Below, one piece after another: positions 48,655 to 58,441 of a DNA stretch of 64,000 nucleotides (positions within the stretch are counted from its first letter, which is position 1; every line of letters starts with the position of its first letter). A model generated the notes under the pieces. That model was not told the origin of the DNA. It saw only the letters and a program-made list of their open reading frames with translations, and searched no databases. Position numbers and translations under genes: made by a program. This DNA is from an uncultured delta proteobacterium. Its GTDB lineage: Bacteria > Desulfobacterota > Binatia > UBA9968. Where the stretch lies: contig CAVYTU010000017.1 of NCBI GenBank assembly GCA_963771465.1, positions 288,001 through 352,000 on the forward strand. The letters run 5' to 3'.

Positions 48655-48665
48655 CAGAGGGTAAA

Positions 48666-48687
48666 TTGCATAAACAATTTTATGCAA
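48666..48687. promoter_or_regulatory. Palindromic operator candidate
   Basis: TTGCATAAA-CAAT-TTTATGCAA perfect 9-bp inverted repeat just upstream of gntR in a divergent intergenic region. Confidence 0.65.
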
Positions 48688-48873
48688 CGGAGCGAAAATT
48701 ATCCGAATCAGTGGTGGTTGTCAACGAAGGCAGTTTTTTTTCACTTGAAAAATCAAGGGAAAATGATAAGTAGCATGCGGCTCGGACGTTTGGCCGAGGC
48801 TCGATAGACATTTTCAAATGTCGATCTCGATAGGCAATTAAATTTTTTCGAGCGGTCATCTCAAGGAGGCATT

Positions 48874-49689
48874 GTGGCACAGACCAAGTTACAGGCGGTG
48901 GGATTGAGACACGAGTACTATCAGCCGAGAACCGGCGGTAGGCTTCTGGCGCTGGACCAGATTAATCTCGAAGTCAACGATGGTGAGTTCGTCACCATCG
49001 TCGGACCCAGCGGTTGCGGCAAGACCACTTTCATAAACCTATGCGATGGATTACTCAAACCGACGGCGGGGCATATCACGATCGACGGCAAGGTGGTGAC
49101 CGGCCCGGGCATCGACCGCGGCATGGTGTTTCAGGATTCCTGCTTGATGCCGTGGCGCACGGTGTTTAAGAACGTGATCTTCGGTCTCGAGTGTCAAGGA
49201 CTCGATCAAGGCGACGGCGCCGAGCGCGCAAAAAAATTCATCAAGCTGGTTGGCCTGCAAGGTTTTGAAGAACATTATCCGCACGAGCTTTCCGGCGGCA
49301 TGCAGCAGCGCTGCAACCTGGCGCGGGCGTTGACCGTCGATCCAGAAATTCTAATCATGGACGAGCCGTTCGCTGCTCTCGATGCGCAGACCCGCGAGAT
49401 TATGCAGTCGGAACTGCTGCGGATTTGGAGAGAATCCGGCAAGACCGTGCTTTTCATCACCCATCAGATCAACGAGGCGATTTATCTCGCCGATCGTGTC
49501 ATCGTTTTCGGCGCACGGCCGGGCCGGGTGAAAAAAATGATTTCCATCGATCTGCCGCGCCCACGCGATCTGTCGATCAAACGGGATCCGAAATTTCTCG
49601 AATACGAAGACCAGCTTTGGAGCTTGATCGAAGAAGAAGTTAAAAAGACCATGATCCAAGACCAAGTCGTGCACAACATCGATAAATAA
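48874..49689 (+). CDS. ABC ATP-binding protein, NitT/TauT type
   Basis: GPSGCGKTT, LSGGMQQR, MDEPFAALD, DLPRPR. Confidence 0.93.
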   Translation: MAQTKLQAVGLRHEYYQPRTGGRLLALDQINLEVNDGEFVTIVGPSGCGKTTFINLCDGLLKPTAGHITIDGKVVTGPGIDRGMVFQDSCLMPWRTVFKNVIFGLECQGLDQGDGAERAKKFIKLVGLQGFEEHYPHELSGGMQQRCNLARALTVDPEILIMDEPFAALDAQTREIMQSELLRIWRESGKTVLFITHQINEAIYLADRVIVFGARPGRVKKMISIDLPRPRDLSIKRDPKFLEYEDQLWSLIEEEVKKTMIQDQVVHNIDK

Positions 49690-49724
49690 GGTGATCGACC
49701 TGACCGTTATAGATAGGCATTAAT

Positions 49725-51419
49725 ATGGGGAATCGTTTCAGTTCCCAGTCTTTAATTCTCGTCGGCTGCACGCTTTTTGTCCTCTACCTCGCTGGGATTC
49801 CGCTTGTAATGCTGCTTTACGGCAGCATAAGAAGCGCTCCCATCGGCGAACCCGGCGCGCATTTCACTATTGCGAATTACATCAAGGCGTACGTCGACAA
49901 GGAATTCTATCTTCTCTTGCTGAATTCCGTCTACTACGCGATTGGCACCTGCACGCTGACATTTTTAATCGGCACTTTTCTCGCTTGGGTCAGTGAGCGG
50001 ACGAACACGCCGTTCAAGAAACTGTTCGTCGTCATGTCGCTGATCCCATTTATCATACCCGGGATCCTCAGCACGATCTCGTGGATACTCCTGCTGAGCC
50101 CGAAAATCGGGCTCATTAACATTGTCGTCAAGGGGGCGCTCGGCCTCGAATCGGCGCCGTTCAACGTGTACTCCATGTGGGGCATGATCTGGGCGGAATC
50201 CATCCATCTTTATCCGTTGGTATTTTTGTTGATGTCGGCGGCGTTCCGCAACATGGACACGTCACTGGAGGAGGCGGCGCTGACGGCGGGCTCCAGCACC
50301 TTTCAGACATTTCGCAAGGTTACGCTCCCGCTCATGCGCCCGGCGATGGTCAGCGTACTATTGATTAACTTCATCCGCGGAATCGAAGCATTCGAGGTCC
50401 CGGCTTTGATCGGCGTGCCGGCTAAGATATCGGTTTTTACCACCAAGATTTTTCTTGCGATTCATCAGTTCCCTTCTGACTTTGGGCTGGCTGGCGCTTA
50501 CGCGGTGACACTCTTGTTCATTAGCACGACGGGCGTCCTTATCTACGGCAGGATCACCCGGCGCGAAGAGCGCTACGCAACCGTGACCGGTAAAGGGTAT
50601 CGCCCCCGCGTTATCGATCTCGGCAATTGGAAATATCTGACATTGGGCATAGCGATTCTAATCTTTTTGCTGGCAGTGATACTGCCGATTTTCGTTCTGC
50701 TCTGGTCTTCGTTTATCCCTTACTATGGCGTCCCGTCAATGGAGCTTGCGGCGAAAATGACTTGGGCCAATTATGTTTACATCCTCAATTATCCGCTCGC
50801 CGCGACTGCGTTCAAAAATAGCTTTTATCTGTCGGTGGGCTCGGCCACGTTAGTCATGTTGCTCACGTCGGTCATTGCGTGGATCACCGTCAAAACTAAA
50901 CTTCCAGGCCGGGCGTTTCTCGACACAATGTGTTTTATCCCGATCGCCATGCCCGGAATCGTGCTCGGCGTTAGTCTGATCTGGGTCTATCTTACCTTGC
51001 CGATCCCGATCTACGGTACGATATGGGTTTTGCTGCTGGCGTACATGACGAAGTACATTCCTTACGGCATTCGCGCGGCGTCGGCGTCGATGATTCAGAT
51101 CAATAAGGAATTGGAAGAGGCGTCATTTACCGCCGGCGGCACCTGGTTTCAAACCTTCCGCAAAATAATCTTACCGCTGTTGATGCCGGGATTTACCGCT
51201 GGCTGGATTTATATCAGCATTATCGCTCTGCGCGAGTTGTCGACCTCGATCTTGCTGTATTCCTATAACAGTACGGTGCTTTCGATCATGGCTTTCGACC
51301 TTTGGGAAGGCGGGCAATACACCTACGTTTGTGCGTTAGGTGTAATGATGGTGCTGCTGCTCGTCACCATGGCGGCCATCGCGCGCAAGCTTGGCGCTAA
51401 GATCGGTATCGCTGAATAA
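49725..51419 (+). CDS. ABC permease, FbpB (iron-type, duplicated) family
   Basis: Two EAA loops (SLEEAALTAG, ELEEASFTAG); about 12 TM. Confidence 0.92.
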   Translation: MGNRFSSQSLILVGCTLFVLYLAGIPLVMLLYGSIRSAPIGEPGAHFTIANYIKAYVDKEFYLLLLNSVYYAIGTCTLTFLIGTFLAWVSERTNTPFKKLFVVMSLIPFIIPGILSTISWILLLSPKIGLINIVVKGALGLESAPFNVYSMWGMIWAESIHLYPLVFLLMSAAFRNMDTSLEEAALTAGSSTFQTFRKVTLPLMRPAMVSVLLINFIRGIEAFEVPALIGVPAKISVFTTKIFLAIHQFPSDFGLAGAYAVTLLFISTTGVLIYGRITRREERYATVTGKGYRPRVIDLGNWKYLTLGIAILIFLLAVILPIFVLLWSSFIPYYGVPSMELAAKMTWANYVYILNYPLAATAFKNSFYLSVGSATLVMLLTSVIAWITVKTKLPGRAFLDTMCFIPIAMPGIVLGVSLIWVYLTLPIPIYGTIWVLLLAYMTKYIPYGIRAASASMIQINKELEEASFTAGGTWFQTFRKIILPLLMPGFTAGWIYISIIALRELSTSILLYSYNSTVLSIMAFDLWEGGQYTYVCALGVMMVLLLVTMAAIARKLGAKIGIAE

Positions 51420-51481
51420 TCACTCGAAAATCAGTTTCTACGGCTGCGCTCGCGGGCGTTGGCTTCGGAAGGGGAAGAAAA

Positions 51482-52630
51482 ATGGCAGAGAAAAAAGACA
51501 TGGTCCAAATAGAGTCCCTGGAGAAATTTTTCGGCGAGGACAAAGAGCGCGTCCACGTTTTAAAAGGTGTCTCGCTGAACATCCCCGAAGGTTCGCTCTA
51601 CACTTTTTTAGGCCCCAGCGGCTGCGGCAAGACGACGACGTTACGTTGCGTGGCCGGCTTGGAGCGGCCCGACGGCGGTAAAATTAGCATCGGCGGCCAA
51701 ACCGTTTACGCTTCGGGAGAGCGCGTTTATGTGCCGACCAACAAACGGCCCATCGGCATGGTGTTTCAGTCCTACGCAATTTGGCCGCATATGACGGTTG
51801 CCGAAAACGTCGCGTATCCACTGACCATCCAGCGCAAATCAAAAGATGAAATCAAAAAAAGAGTGAGCGATGTGCTCAAGATCGTCGGCCTCGACGGGTT
51901 GGAAGACCGCCCGGCGCCAAAACTCTCTGGTGGCCAGCAACAGCGCGTCGCCTTTGCCCGCGCGCTCATCAACGAGCCCCAGGTGATGCTTTTGGACGAG
52001 CCCCTGAGTAACTTGGATGCCAAGCTGCGCGTGCAAATGCGCTCGGAGATCAAGTCGTTGCAACGGCGCACCAGCATCACGACGATCTTCGTAACCCATG
52101 ATCAGGCTGAGGCCTTGGCGATTTCCGACCAGATCGCGGTCATGCACGGCGGGGTGTTGATCGAAATCGGCGCGCCCCATCAGCTTTATACCCGTCCGAA
52201 GCGGCGCTTTACCGCGACATTTTTGGGTCTGACCAATCTGATCGATGGCAAAGTGCTCGAAGTCGACGGCGACTCGCGACCGGGCAAGATGGAAACCAAT
52301 AAAGGTATTTTGAGCTTTATCCCAGCGCCAGGTTTGAAAAAGGATCAACCGGCGGTGATCTCGATCCGGCCGGAAAACATTCCACTGTACAAGGAAAAAC
52401 CCCAGGGCTTGGAGAACGTGTTGGAGGGGATTGTCAAGGAAGCTATTTTTATGGGGGATGCCTATCAGTGTAAGGTCGCTGTCGGCGACACTTTGCTCGC
52501 CGTGCATACCCATCCGTTTAATTCGGTGAGCCCGGGCGATAAAGTTTACTTGCACTTGGATCCGGCGAGCTGCAACGGTCTACCGGCCGACGACAAGGAA
52601 GGTATTGATGAATCGATGTTGGGGGCATAG
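51482..52630 (+). CDS. ABC ATP-binding protein, FbpC/PotA type with TOBE domain
   Basis: GPSGCGKTT, LSGGQQQR, LLDEPLSNLD. Confidence 0.93.
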   Translation: MAEKKDMVQIESLEKFFGEDKERVHVLKGVSLNIPEGSLYTFLGPSGCGKTTTLRCVAGLERPDGGKISIGGQTVYASGERVYVPTNKRPIGMVFQSYAIWPHMTVAENVAYPLTIQRKSKDEIKKRVSDVLKIVGLDGLEDRPAPKLSGGQQQRVAFARALINEPQVMLLDEPLSNLDAKLRVQMRSEIKSLQRRTSITTIFVTHDQAEALAISDQIAVMHGGVLIEIGAPHQLYTRPKRRFTATFLGLTNLIDGKVLEVDGDSRPGKMETNKGILSFIPAPGLKKDQPAVISIRPENIPLYKEKPQGLENVLEGIVKEAIFMGDAYQCKVAVGDTLLAVHTHPFNSVSPGDKVYLHLDPASCNGLPADDKEGIDESMLGA

Positions 52631-52670
52631 AATGCGACCCAACGAAGTATTTGAAAGGAGAATCATCTAA

Positions 52671-54158
52671 ATGACAGCACTAGAGGCTAGAAAGCTAGCC
52701 GAAGACGATATGAAAGCGGGCAAAACCCCCAAGTATACCGACCTGCGCGACTGGCTCGAAATCGTCGACAGTCTCGGAGAACTCAAAAAAGTCGATGGCG
52801 TCGATTGGAATCTCGAAATGGGTACATTGGCGGAGATCTTCGCCCGTGAATCCAAGACCGGCACGCCTGCGGTTCTATTCGACAACGTTCCTGGTTATCC
52901 CAAAGGTTTTCGCACCCTGTTCGCACAGAACGCGTCGTTCAAGAGAATGGCCCTCAACCTCGGTCTCGACATGAATCTGTCGAACCTCGATCTGGTGCGC
53001 GCGTTCCGCCAGAAGCTCGTCAATCATGAACCGATCAAGCATAAGGTTGTGACCAAGGGTCCGATTCTGGAAAACGTCGACTCCGGTGACAAAGTAGATT
53101 TGCTCAAATTCCCCGTGCCCTTCATGCACGAGCTCGACGGCGGCCGTTTCATCGGCACTGCGTGCCTGGTGACGACGCGCGATCCCGATGAAGGTTGGGT
53201 CAACTTCGGCGCCTACCGCGGCATGGTTCATGACGGCAAAAGCATGGGCCTCTACATCTCGCCCGGCAAACACGGCAGCATCCAGCGCAACAAATATTTC
53301 GAGCGCGGCAAACCCTGCCCAGTTGTTGTTTCGGTCGGTCAGGACCCAGTTCTGTTCATGGTTTCGGGTAATGAGATCGATTACGGCGTGTCGGAATTCG
53401 ACTACGCGGGCGGCCTCAAGGGTGCACCTATAGAAGTCATCGAGGGCAAGTCCACGGGACTCCCGTTCGCCGCCAACGCTGAAATCGTCATCGAAGGTTG
53501 GATGGATCCAACCGATCGCAAGACTGAAGGTCCCTTTGGTGAGTGGACCGGTTATTACGCCAGCTCCAGCCGGCCAGAGCCGGTGATCCGGGTCGAAAAT
53601 GTTTATTACAGAAACGATCCTATTCTTTGCTGCGCCCGACCCGGTCGCCCGCCGTCAGATTATTCCATCGCCAAATGCATGGTGAAGGCGTCATTGATCT
53701 GGGAACAGGTCGAAAAAGCCGGCGTTCCTGACGTGAGGGGTGTGTGGTGCCACGAAGCCGGCGGCGGCCGCTTGTTGAACATCATTTCGATCAAGCAACG
53801 TTATCCGGGCCACGCCCGCCAAGCGATGCTCGTGGCGTCGCAAGTCCACGCCGGTGCATATCTCGGTCGCTATGTGATCGTCGTCGACGAAGACATCGAC
53901 CCGACCAATACTTTCGATGTCCTCTGGGCATTGGCCACTCGCTCAGACCCAGTCGAGTCCATCGAAATTCTGCGCCGCTGCTGGAGCGGCCCGCTCGATC
54001 CGCGCATTCAACCGGGCAAGAAGGGATTTAACTCCCGCGCCGTGATCGATGCCTGTCGTCCGTTCGAGTGGATGAAAGATTTCCCGCCGGTCGCCGAATC
54101 TTCGCCCGAGCTGCGCGACAAGATTTACAACAAGTATAAAAAGATTATCGAAGGCTAA
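52671..54158 (+). CDS. UbiD family (prFMN-dependent) decarboxylase
   Basis: DGGRFIGT, YRGM, EGPFGEWTGY, VDEDIDP...WALATR. Confidence 0.93.
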   Translation: MTALEARKLAEDDMKAGKTPKYTDLRDWLEIVDSLGELKKVDGVDWNLEMGTLAEIFARESKTGTPAVLFDNVPGYPKGFRTLFAQNASFKRMALNLGLDMNLSNLDLVRAFRQKLVNHEPIKHKVVTKGPILENVDSGDKVDLLKFPVPFMHELDGGRFIGTACLVTTRDPDEGWVNFGAYRGMVHDGKSMGLYISPGKHGSIQRNKYFERGKPCPVVVSVGQDPVLFMVSGNEIDYGVSEFDYAGGLKGAPIEVIEGKSTGLPFAANAEIVIEGWMDPTDRKTEGPFGEWTGYYASSSRPEPVIRVENVYYRNDPILCCARPGRPPSDYSIAKCMVKASLIWEQVEKAGVPDVRGVWCHEAGGGRLLNIISIKQRYPGHARQAMLVASQVHAGAYLGRYVIVVDEDIDPTNTFDVLWALATRSDPVESIEILRRCWSGPLDPRIQPGKKGFNSRAVIDACRPFEWMKDFPPVAESSPELRDKIYNKYKKIIEG

Positions 54159-54183
54159 GTTTCAATTCGAAATAAGACTGGCG

Positions 54184-54225
54184 AGAAGGGGCAACCGTGA
54201 TGAGCGGTCGCCCCTTCTTTGTTTT
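54184..54225 (+). terminator. Rho-independent terminator
   Basis: AGAAGGGGC-A-ACCG / CGGT-C-GCCCCTTCT followed by TTGTTTT. Confidence 0.8.
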
Positions 54226-54376
54226 CTGGTCGATAAGTCGGCTACCTTGCTTGATACTAGCCAAACTCAGCGATAACGTGCCGGGTAATTCGCCGACGCG
54301 CTGCGCCATGCCTACCTAGAGTTAGCGCTCAGACTTCGATTGCACACCGTCGGTCGTGCTCGCTGCAAATTGAAAA

Positions 54377-55603
54377 ATGTCCAACGCGCTCAGACATCGA
54401 AACTTCCGTGTTTTTTTTACCGGTTCCATGGTCACCCGCATTGGTGAAGACATGCAAGAAGTCGCCGAGGACTGGCTCGTGTTTATCATGACCGGGTCGC
54501 CGTTTCTCTTAGGATTAGTCGCTTTTTGTAAGGGGCCATCCCGCGTCGTGCTGGCGCCGATCTTCGGTGCGGTGGCCGATCGTGTCGACCGGAGAAAAAT
54601 TCTTATCGGCGTGTACGTGTTTCAAATGATGTTGGCGGCGTCCTACGGCTGTCTCGTCGCGACTCATGTGATCGCTTTCTGGCATATCGTCGTCCTGGCG
54701 GTCCTCGACGGTTTAGTCGCGCCGCTCGGTCGTGTTACCCGCCAAACGGTCATTCCGGACTTGGTTCCCCAGGACAGCCTGGTCAGCGCCATTTCGATAA
54801 ACAGCGTCGGTAATAATACCGGTCAGGTCATCGGTCCGCTGCTTGGCGGCATGCTGATCGTTTGGTTGGGCATCGAGGCGGTGTTTTTTATCAACGCGAT
54901 TGGTTTTTGCGCCATCATCTTCAGTCTCCTATCGATCGAGTTGCCGCGTCGTGGCGATGAGCGCAGGATTCTCGATATTCGCAAAGACATCGTGGAAGGC
55001 GCGCGCTTCATGTGGCATCAACCGTTGATATTGGAAGTGATGTCGATTCAACTTTTCTCGTTTTTCTTGGCCTTGCCGTTCAATCGTTTCTTTCCTGTGT
55101 TTGCCAAAGACATATTGAACATCGGTCCCACCGGTTTGGGTGTGCTGAGAGGCAGCTTTGCCGCGGGGAATGTTCTGGGAGGGGTGGGTTTGATCAGCTT
55201 CGGCGCGGTGAAAAATCAGCTCGGGCTGTTGCGCGCCGCATCGTTGGGTTTGGCCCTATGTTTGATTGTGTTCGCCTATTCGACCTGGTTGCCGTTCTCT
55301 GTCGTCGCGCTCGTGCTGACCGGTATCATGACGATGATTTTCCGTTCCACCGGGCTCTCCGTGATCCATCTCAACGTGCCCAATGAATTCCGCGGCCGGG
55401 CGATGGGGCTCTATAACATGGAGTTGGGCTTTCGCTCCTTAGGCGCATTGTTTATTGGTTCGATCGGCAGTATCGCGGGAGTTCCCGTGGCCATCGCGGT
55501 CGGATCGACGTGCTTCGGAGTGATCAGCCTGCTGAGCCCGTGGTATAGGAAACATTTCGATAGAGGCGCGCAGGTAGAATCGCCGTCCGCATTGAACGAT
55601 TAA
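54377..55603 (+). CDS. MFS transporter (MFS_3)
   Basis: ALRHRNFR, GAVADRVDRRK, FRGRAMG. Confidence 0.9.
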   Translation: MSNALRHRNFRVFFTGSMVTRIGEDMQEVAEDWLVFIMTGSPFLLGLVAFCKGPSRVVLAPIFGAVADRVDRRKILIGVYVFQMMLAASYGCLVATHVIAFWHIVVLAVLDGLVAPLGRVTRQTVIPDLVPQDSLVSAISINSVGNNTGQVIGPLLGGMLIVWLGIEAVFFINAIGFCAIIFSLLSIELPRRGDERRILDIRKDIVEGARFMWHQPLILEVMSIQLFSFFLALPFNRFFPVFAKDILNIGPTGLGVLRGSFAAGNVLGGVGLISFGAVKNQLGLLRAASLGLALCLIVFAYSTWLPFSVVALVLTGIMTMIFRSTGLSVIHLNVPNEFRGRAMGLYNMELGFRSLGALFIGSIGSIAGVPVAIAVGSTCFGVISLLSPWYRKHFDRGAQVESPSALND

Positions 55604-55791
55604 CACGCGGACACACTAGCCATTTGGCGCAGCGTCTGAAACGGTATTTGTCAACAAGATTAACTTGTCATTCGCGCGACCCTGAAGTATACGTCCGGGT
55701 ATAGATTTCGGAGTTTCGATTAACTGCTTCGGCACTTGCAATGGTTGCGGATTAATTACATCGATTATTTTGGTGCTAGTTGGAGGAATAA

Positions 55792-56202
55792 ATGCTGCCA
55801 CAACTTTCCTTAGGATTGGACGAAGCGCAACGAGCGATCGCCGCCGTGTTCGAGCAGGCGAAGCTCGATGGCCGCGCCGTTGCCGTTGCGGTGGTCGACA
55901 ATCACGGCGAACTCATCGCTTGCGCCCGAATGGATGGAGCGCACGCCCGCGTGCTGCGCCACGCAATTCGTAAAGCTTACACCGCGGCGGTTATGGGCCG
56001 GGATACGTTGGCGTTCAAAAAAGACATGCAGGACGCGGGGCGAACGCTCAGCGACTATGACGACGGGTCGTTGACGACCTTGCAAGGCGGCCTGGTGGTG
56101 CGCGTGGATAAACAAATCGTTGGCGCGATCGCCTCAGGCGGCAGTCCGCGTCAGCGCGATGTCGACATGGCAAAGATTGGTCTCGACGCTTTGAAGCTTT
56201 GA
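55792..56202 (+). CDS. GlcG/HbpS heme-binding family protein
   Basis: VAVVD.HG...RMDG, KAYTA, GG......GAI.SG. Confidence 0.88.
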   Translation: MLPQLSLGLDEAQRAIAAVFEQAKLDGRAVAVAVVDNHGELIACARMDGAHARVLRHAIRKAYTAAVMGRDTLAFKKDMQDAGRTLSDYDDGSLTTLQGGLVVRVDKQIVGAIASGGSPRQRDVDMAKIGLDALKL

Positions 56203-56230
56203 GCGCGAGCGCTCGAATAAGGAGCATGCG

Positions 56231-57373
56231 ATGAATAAGCAAGCGATCTACCTACCGCAACTAACTTCCGAACCGACGACACCGATGGCGGTGCGTATCG
56301 GCGATGTGTTTTTCTCGTCATCCATCGAAGGACGGGATGGGGCCGACGGCGGGTTGGGCGACAGTGCGGAAAAACAGTTTGAGCTCGCCTTCGCCAACAT
56401 GAAGCGATTGGTCGAACAGGCCGGACTGACGACAAATGACATCGCACATGTGACGGTTTTTATCGGCGACGCGAGCGGGCGACAATTGATCAACAAGCCG
56501 TGGCTGCAAACCTTTCCTGAGGAACACAACCGCCCGGCGCGAAAGACGACGACGTATCCGCTGCCGGACCGAGTGTTTGTTCAGCTTCAGGCGTTCGCGG
56601 TGGCTGGAGCCAAACGCCAGCCCTTGGAGATTCCCGGATTGTCACATCGCGATCCGCTGCCAATGGGAACCAAGACGGGCAACATGGTGTATTCGTCGGT
56701 GCTCGGCGGTCAGGATCCAAAGACCAATAAGCAGGTGGCCGGCACCGTCGAGCAGATGGATCAGGCCTTTCAAAACATGCGCGCGCTGGTGGAGCAAGCC
56801 GGCGGCACGACGGATGACATCGGTCTGGTGTGGGTCTTCTTGCGCGACAAAACCGATCAGCCGGCGCTCATCGATGCGTGGCTGAAAATGTTTCCGCGCG
56901 ACGGCGATCGGCCGGCGCGGAAAACTATCATGTACGACGAACTCAAAGGGCGGGAGACGCTGGTGCAACTTCAATTCGCCGCGGCGTTGGGCGGAAAACG
57001 CAAGAACTTCGAAGTCCCCGGCGTCGGCCATCACGATCCAATTCCTCTGGGCGCGACGGTTGGCAAAAACTTTTTCTCTTCCGGTATCGGCGGTTATGAT
57101 CCCAAAACCGGCAAGCAGGTCGAGACGCTTGAGCGCCAGGCGGAGCTGGCGTTTCAAAATTTGCGCGCGCTGATGACACAGGCCAGCGCATCGCCCGATT
57201 CCGTCGGCCATCTAAGCATCATGCTGCGCGATTATCGCGCCCATAGCGTGGTGATGAAGAATTTACTGGAAACGTTTCCCGACAAAGACAAACGGCCGGC
57301 GGTGCACCTGATGGCGCTCGGTTTGCCGGGAACGAACCAGATACAGCTGCACGCGGCGGGAATTATCGAGTAG
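56231..57373 (+). CDS. Triple-domain RidA/YjgF family protein
   Basis: Three ~127-aa repeats with NRPARKT, DRPARKT, KRPAVHL. Confidence 0.85.
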   Translation: MNKQAIYLPQLTSEPTTPMAVRIGDVFFSSSIEGRDGADGGLGDSAEKQFELAFANMKRLVEQAGLTTNDIAHVTVFIGDASGRQLINKPWLQTFPEEHNRPARKTTTYPLPDRVFVQLQAFAVAGAKRQPLEIPGLSHRDPLPMGTKTGNMVYSSVLGGQDPKTNKQVAGTVEQMDQAFQNMRALVEQAGGTTDDIGLVWVFLRDKTDQPALIDAWLKMFPRDGDRPARKTIMYDELKGRETLVQLQFAAALGGKRKNFEVPGVGHHDPIPLGATVGKNFFSSGIGGYDPKTGKQVETLERQAELAFQNLRALMTQASASPDSVGHLSIMLRDYRAHSVVMKNLLETFPDKDKRPAVHLMALGLPGTNQIQLHAAGIIE

Positions 57374-57401
57374 CCATCGGCGCGACGAAGGGGAAGAAAA
57401 T

Positions 57402-57528
57402 TCAGCGCGGAGACGCTGAGTACGCAGAGGTTTTTCTAATTCTGATTTTCTGCGATCTCTGCGCCTCCGCGGTGAGTCATCCGAATTCACTCCACGCAGA
57501 GACACGGAGGTCGCAGAATTCATCAGAA
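57402..57528. repeat. Palindromic element of CGCAGAG/CGCGGAG tandem units (three arms)
   Basis: TCAGCGCGGAGACGCTGAGTACGCAGA / TCTGCGATCTCTGCGCCTCCGCGGTGA / ACGCAGAGACACGGAGGTCGCAGAA, between convergent genes. Confidence 0.75.
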
Positions 57529-57529
57529 A

Positions 57530-58441
57530 CTACGCGGGTGCCATCACTCGGGTATTAACCAGATCCTGAACTTCGTGACCGGCATCGATTAAGTTCCAGC
57601 TCACCATCCAGTCATAGGTGCGCATTAACTGCTCGTGCGGAATCGGTTTTCCCGGCTCGACGAAGACAATGCGATTGAGATTGAAGTCATCGAGGCTCAG
57701 AGCTTTCACCTCGTCGCCCTTTTCGTTGTCGATAAAGTAATGCAGGTAACTCCGTTTGTCCGCGTTGATCCGGCGTACCGCTTCGGTGAGGGCGCGATTG
57801 AGCGCCGCGTAGGCATCGGCGCCGATCTCCGGCGTCGCGCTATCCGTGCCGTGATAAAACCCTTGGACGATGAGCCGGCAGCCGTTCTTTTCCGCTACGG
57901 TGATCCAGGGCTCGCGCACGCTGCACGCATCGACCTTGTCGCTCATCATGGCGCGGTAGCGCTCCGAGGGCCGGCCGCTGCTGACGAGCTTGATCATATC
58001 CCGCGGCACGAAGCCTTCGAGTAATTGCAGCGTCAAGTAATGCGTGCCGGCGTGAAAGGGGACGGCGATGGTTTTGTTGGCCAACTGTTGCGGCGTGTAG
58101 ACGTCGGAGTGCGGCGGCACAGCGACGGCGCCGGCGACGATCGACGCGCGCCGGCCCAACTGCCGGCAGCCGACGCCGGTATCCTGCGAGCGGCGATAGT
58201 TGCCCCATTCACAGGCGTTGAAAATGTTCGCGCTGCCGCGCTCCATCGCTTCGGCGTGGCCGGCGTTGGAACGCACTTTGTTCCAGTCGGTGACGTCGAT
58301 CTTGGTTTCTTTCTCGCCACCGTGCGCGACCAATTCGACCTCAAGTCCTTGGTTGGCGAACAAACCTTCGTCTAGCGCGACGAGCCAATCCAGCCCGTTA
58401 TATACGCTGGGTTTCTCCATTTTTATCTTCGGATAGGTCAT
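57530..58441 (-). CDS. NitT/TauT-like substrate-binding fold protein without an obvious signal peptide
   Basis: GLF..QGLEVE, L.NKTIAV, EPW; GGAGGT RBS. Confidence 0.75.
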   Translation of the reverse strand: MTYPKIKMEKPSVYNGLDWLVALDEGLFANQGLEVELVAHGGEKETKIDVTDWNKVRSNAGHAEAMERGSANIFNACEWGNYRRSQDTGVGCRQLGRRASIVAGAVAVPPHSDVYTPQQLANKTIAVPFHAGTHYLTLQLLEGFVPRDMIKLVSSGRPSERYRAMMSDKVDACSVREPWITVAEKNGCRLIVQGFYHGTDSATPEIGADAYAALNRALTEAVRRINADKRSYLHYFIDNEKGDEVKALSLDDFNLNRIVFVEPGKPIPHEQLMRTYDWMVSWNLIDAGHEVQDLVNTRVMAPA

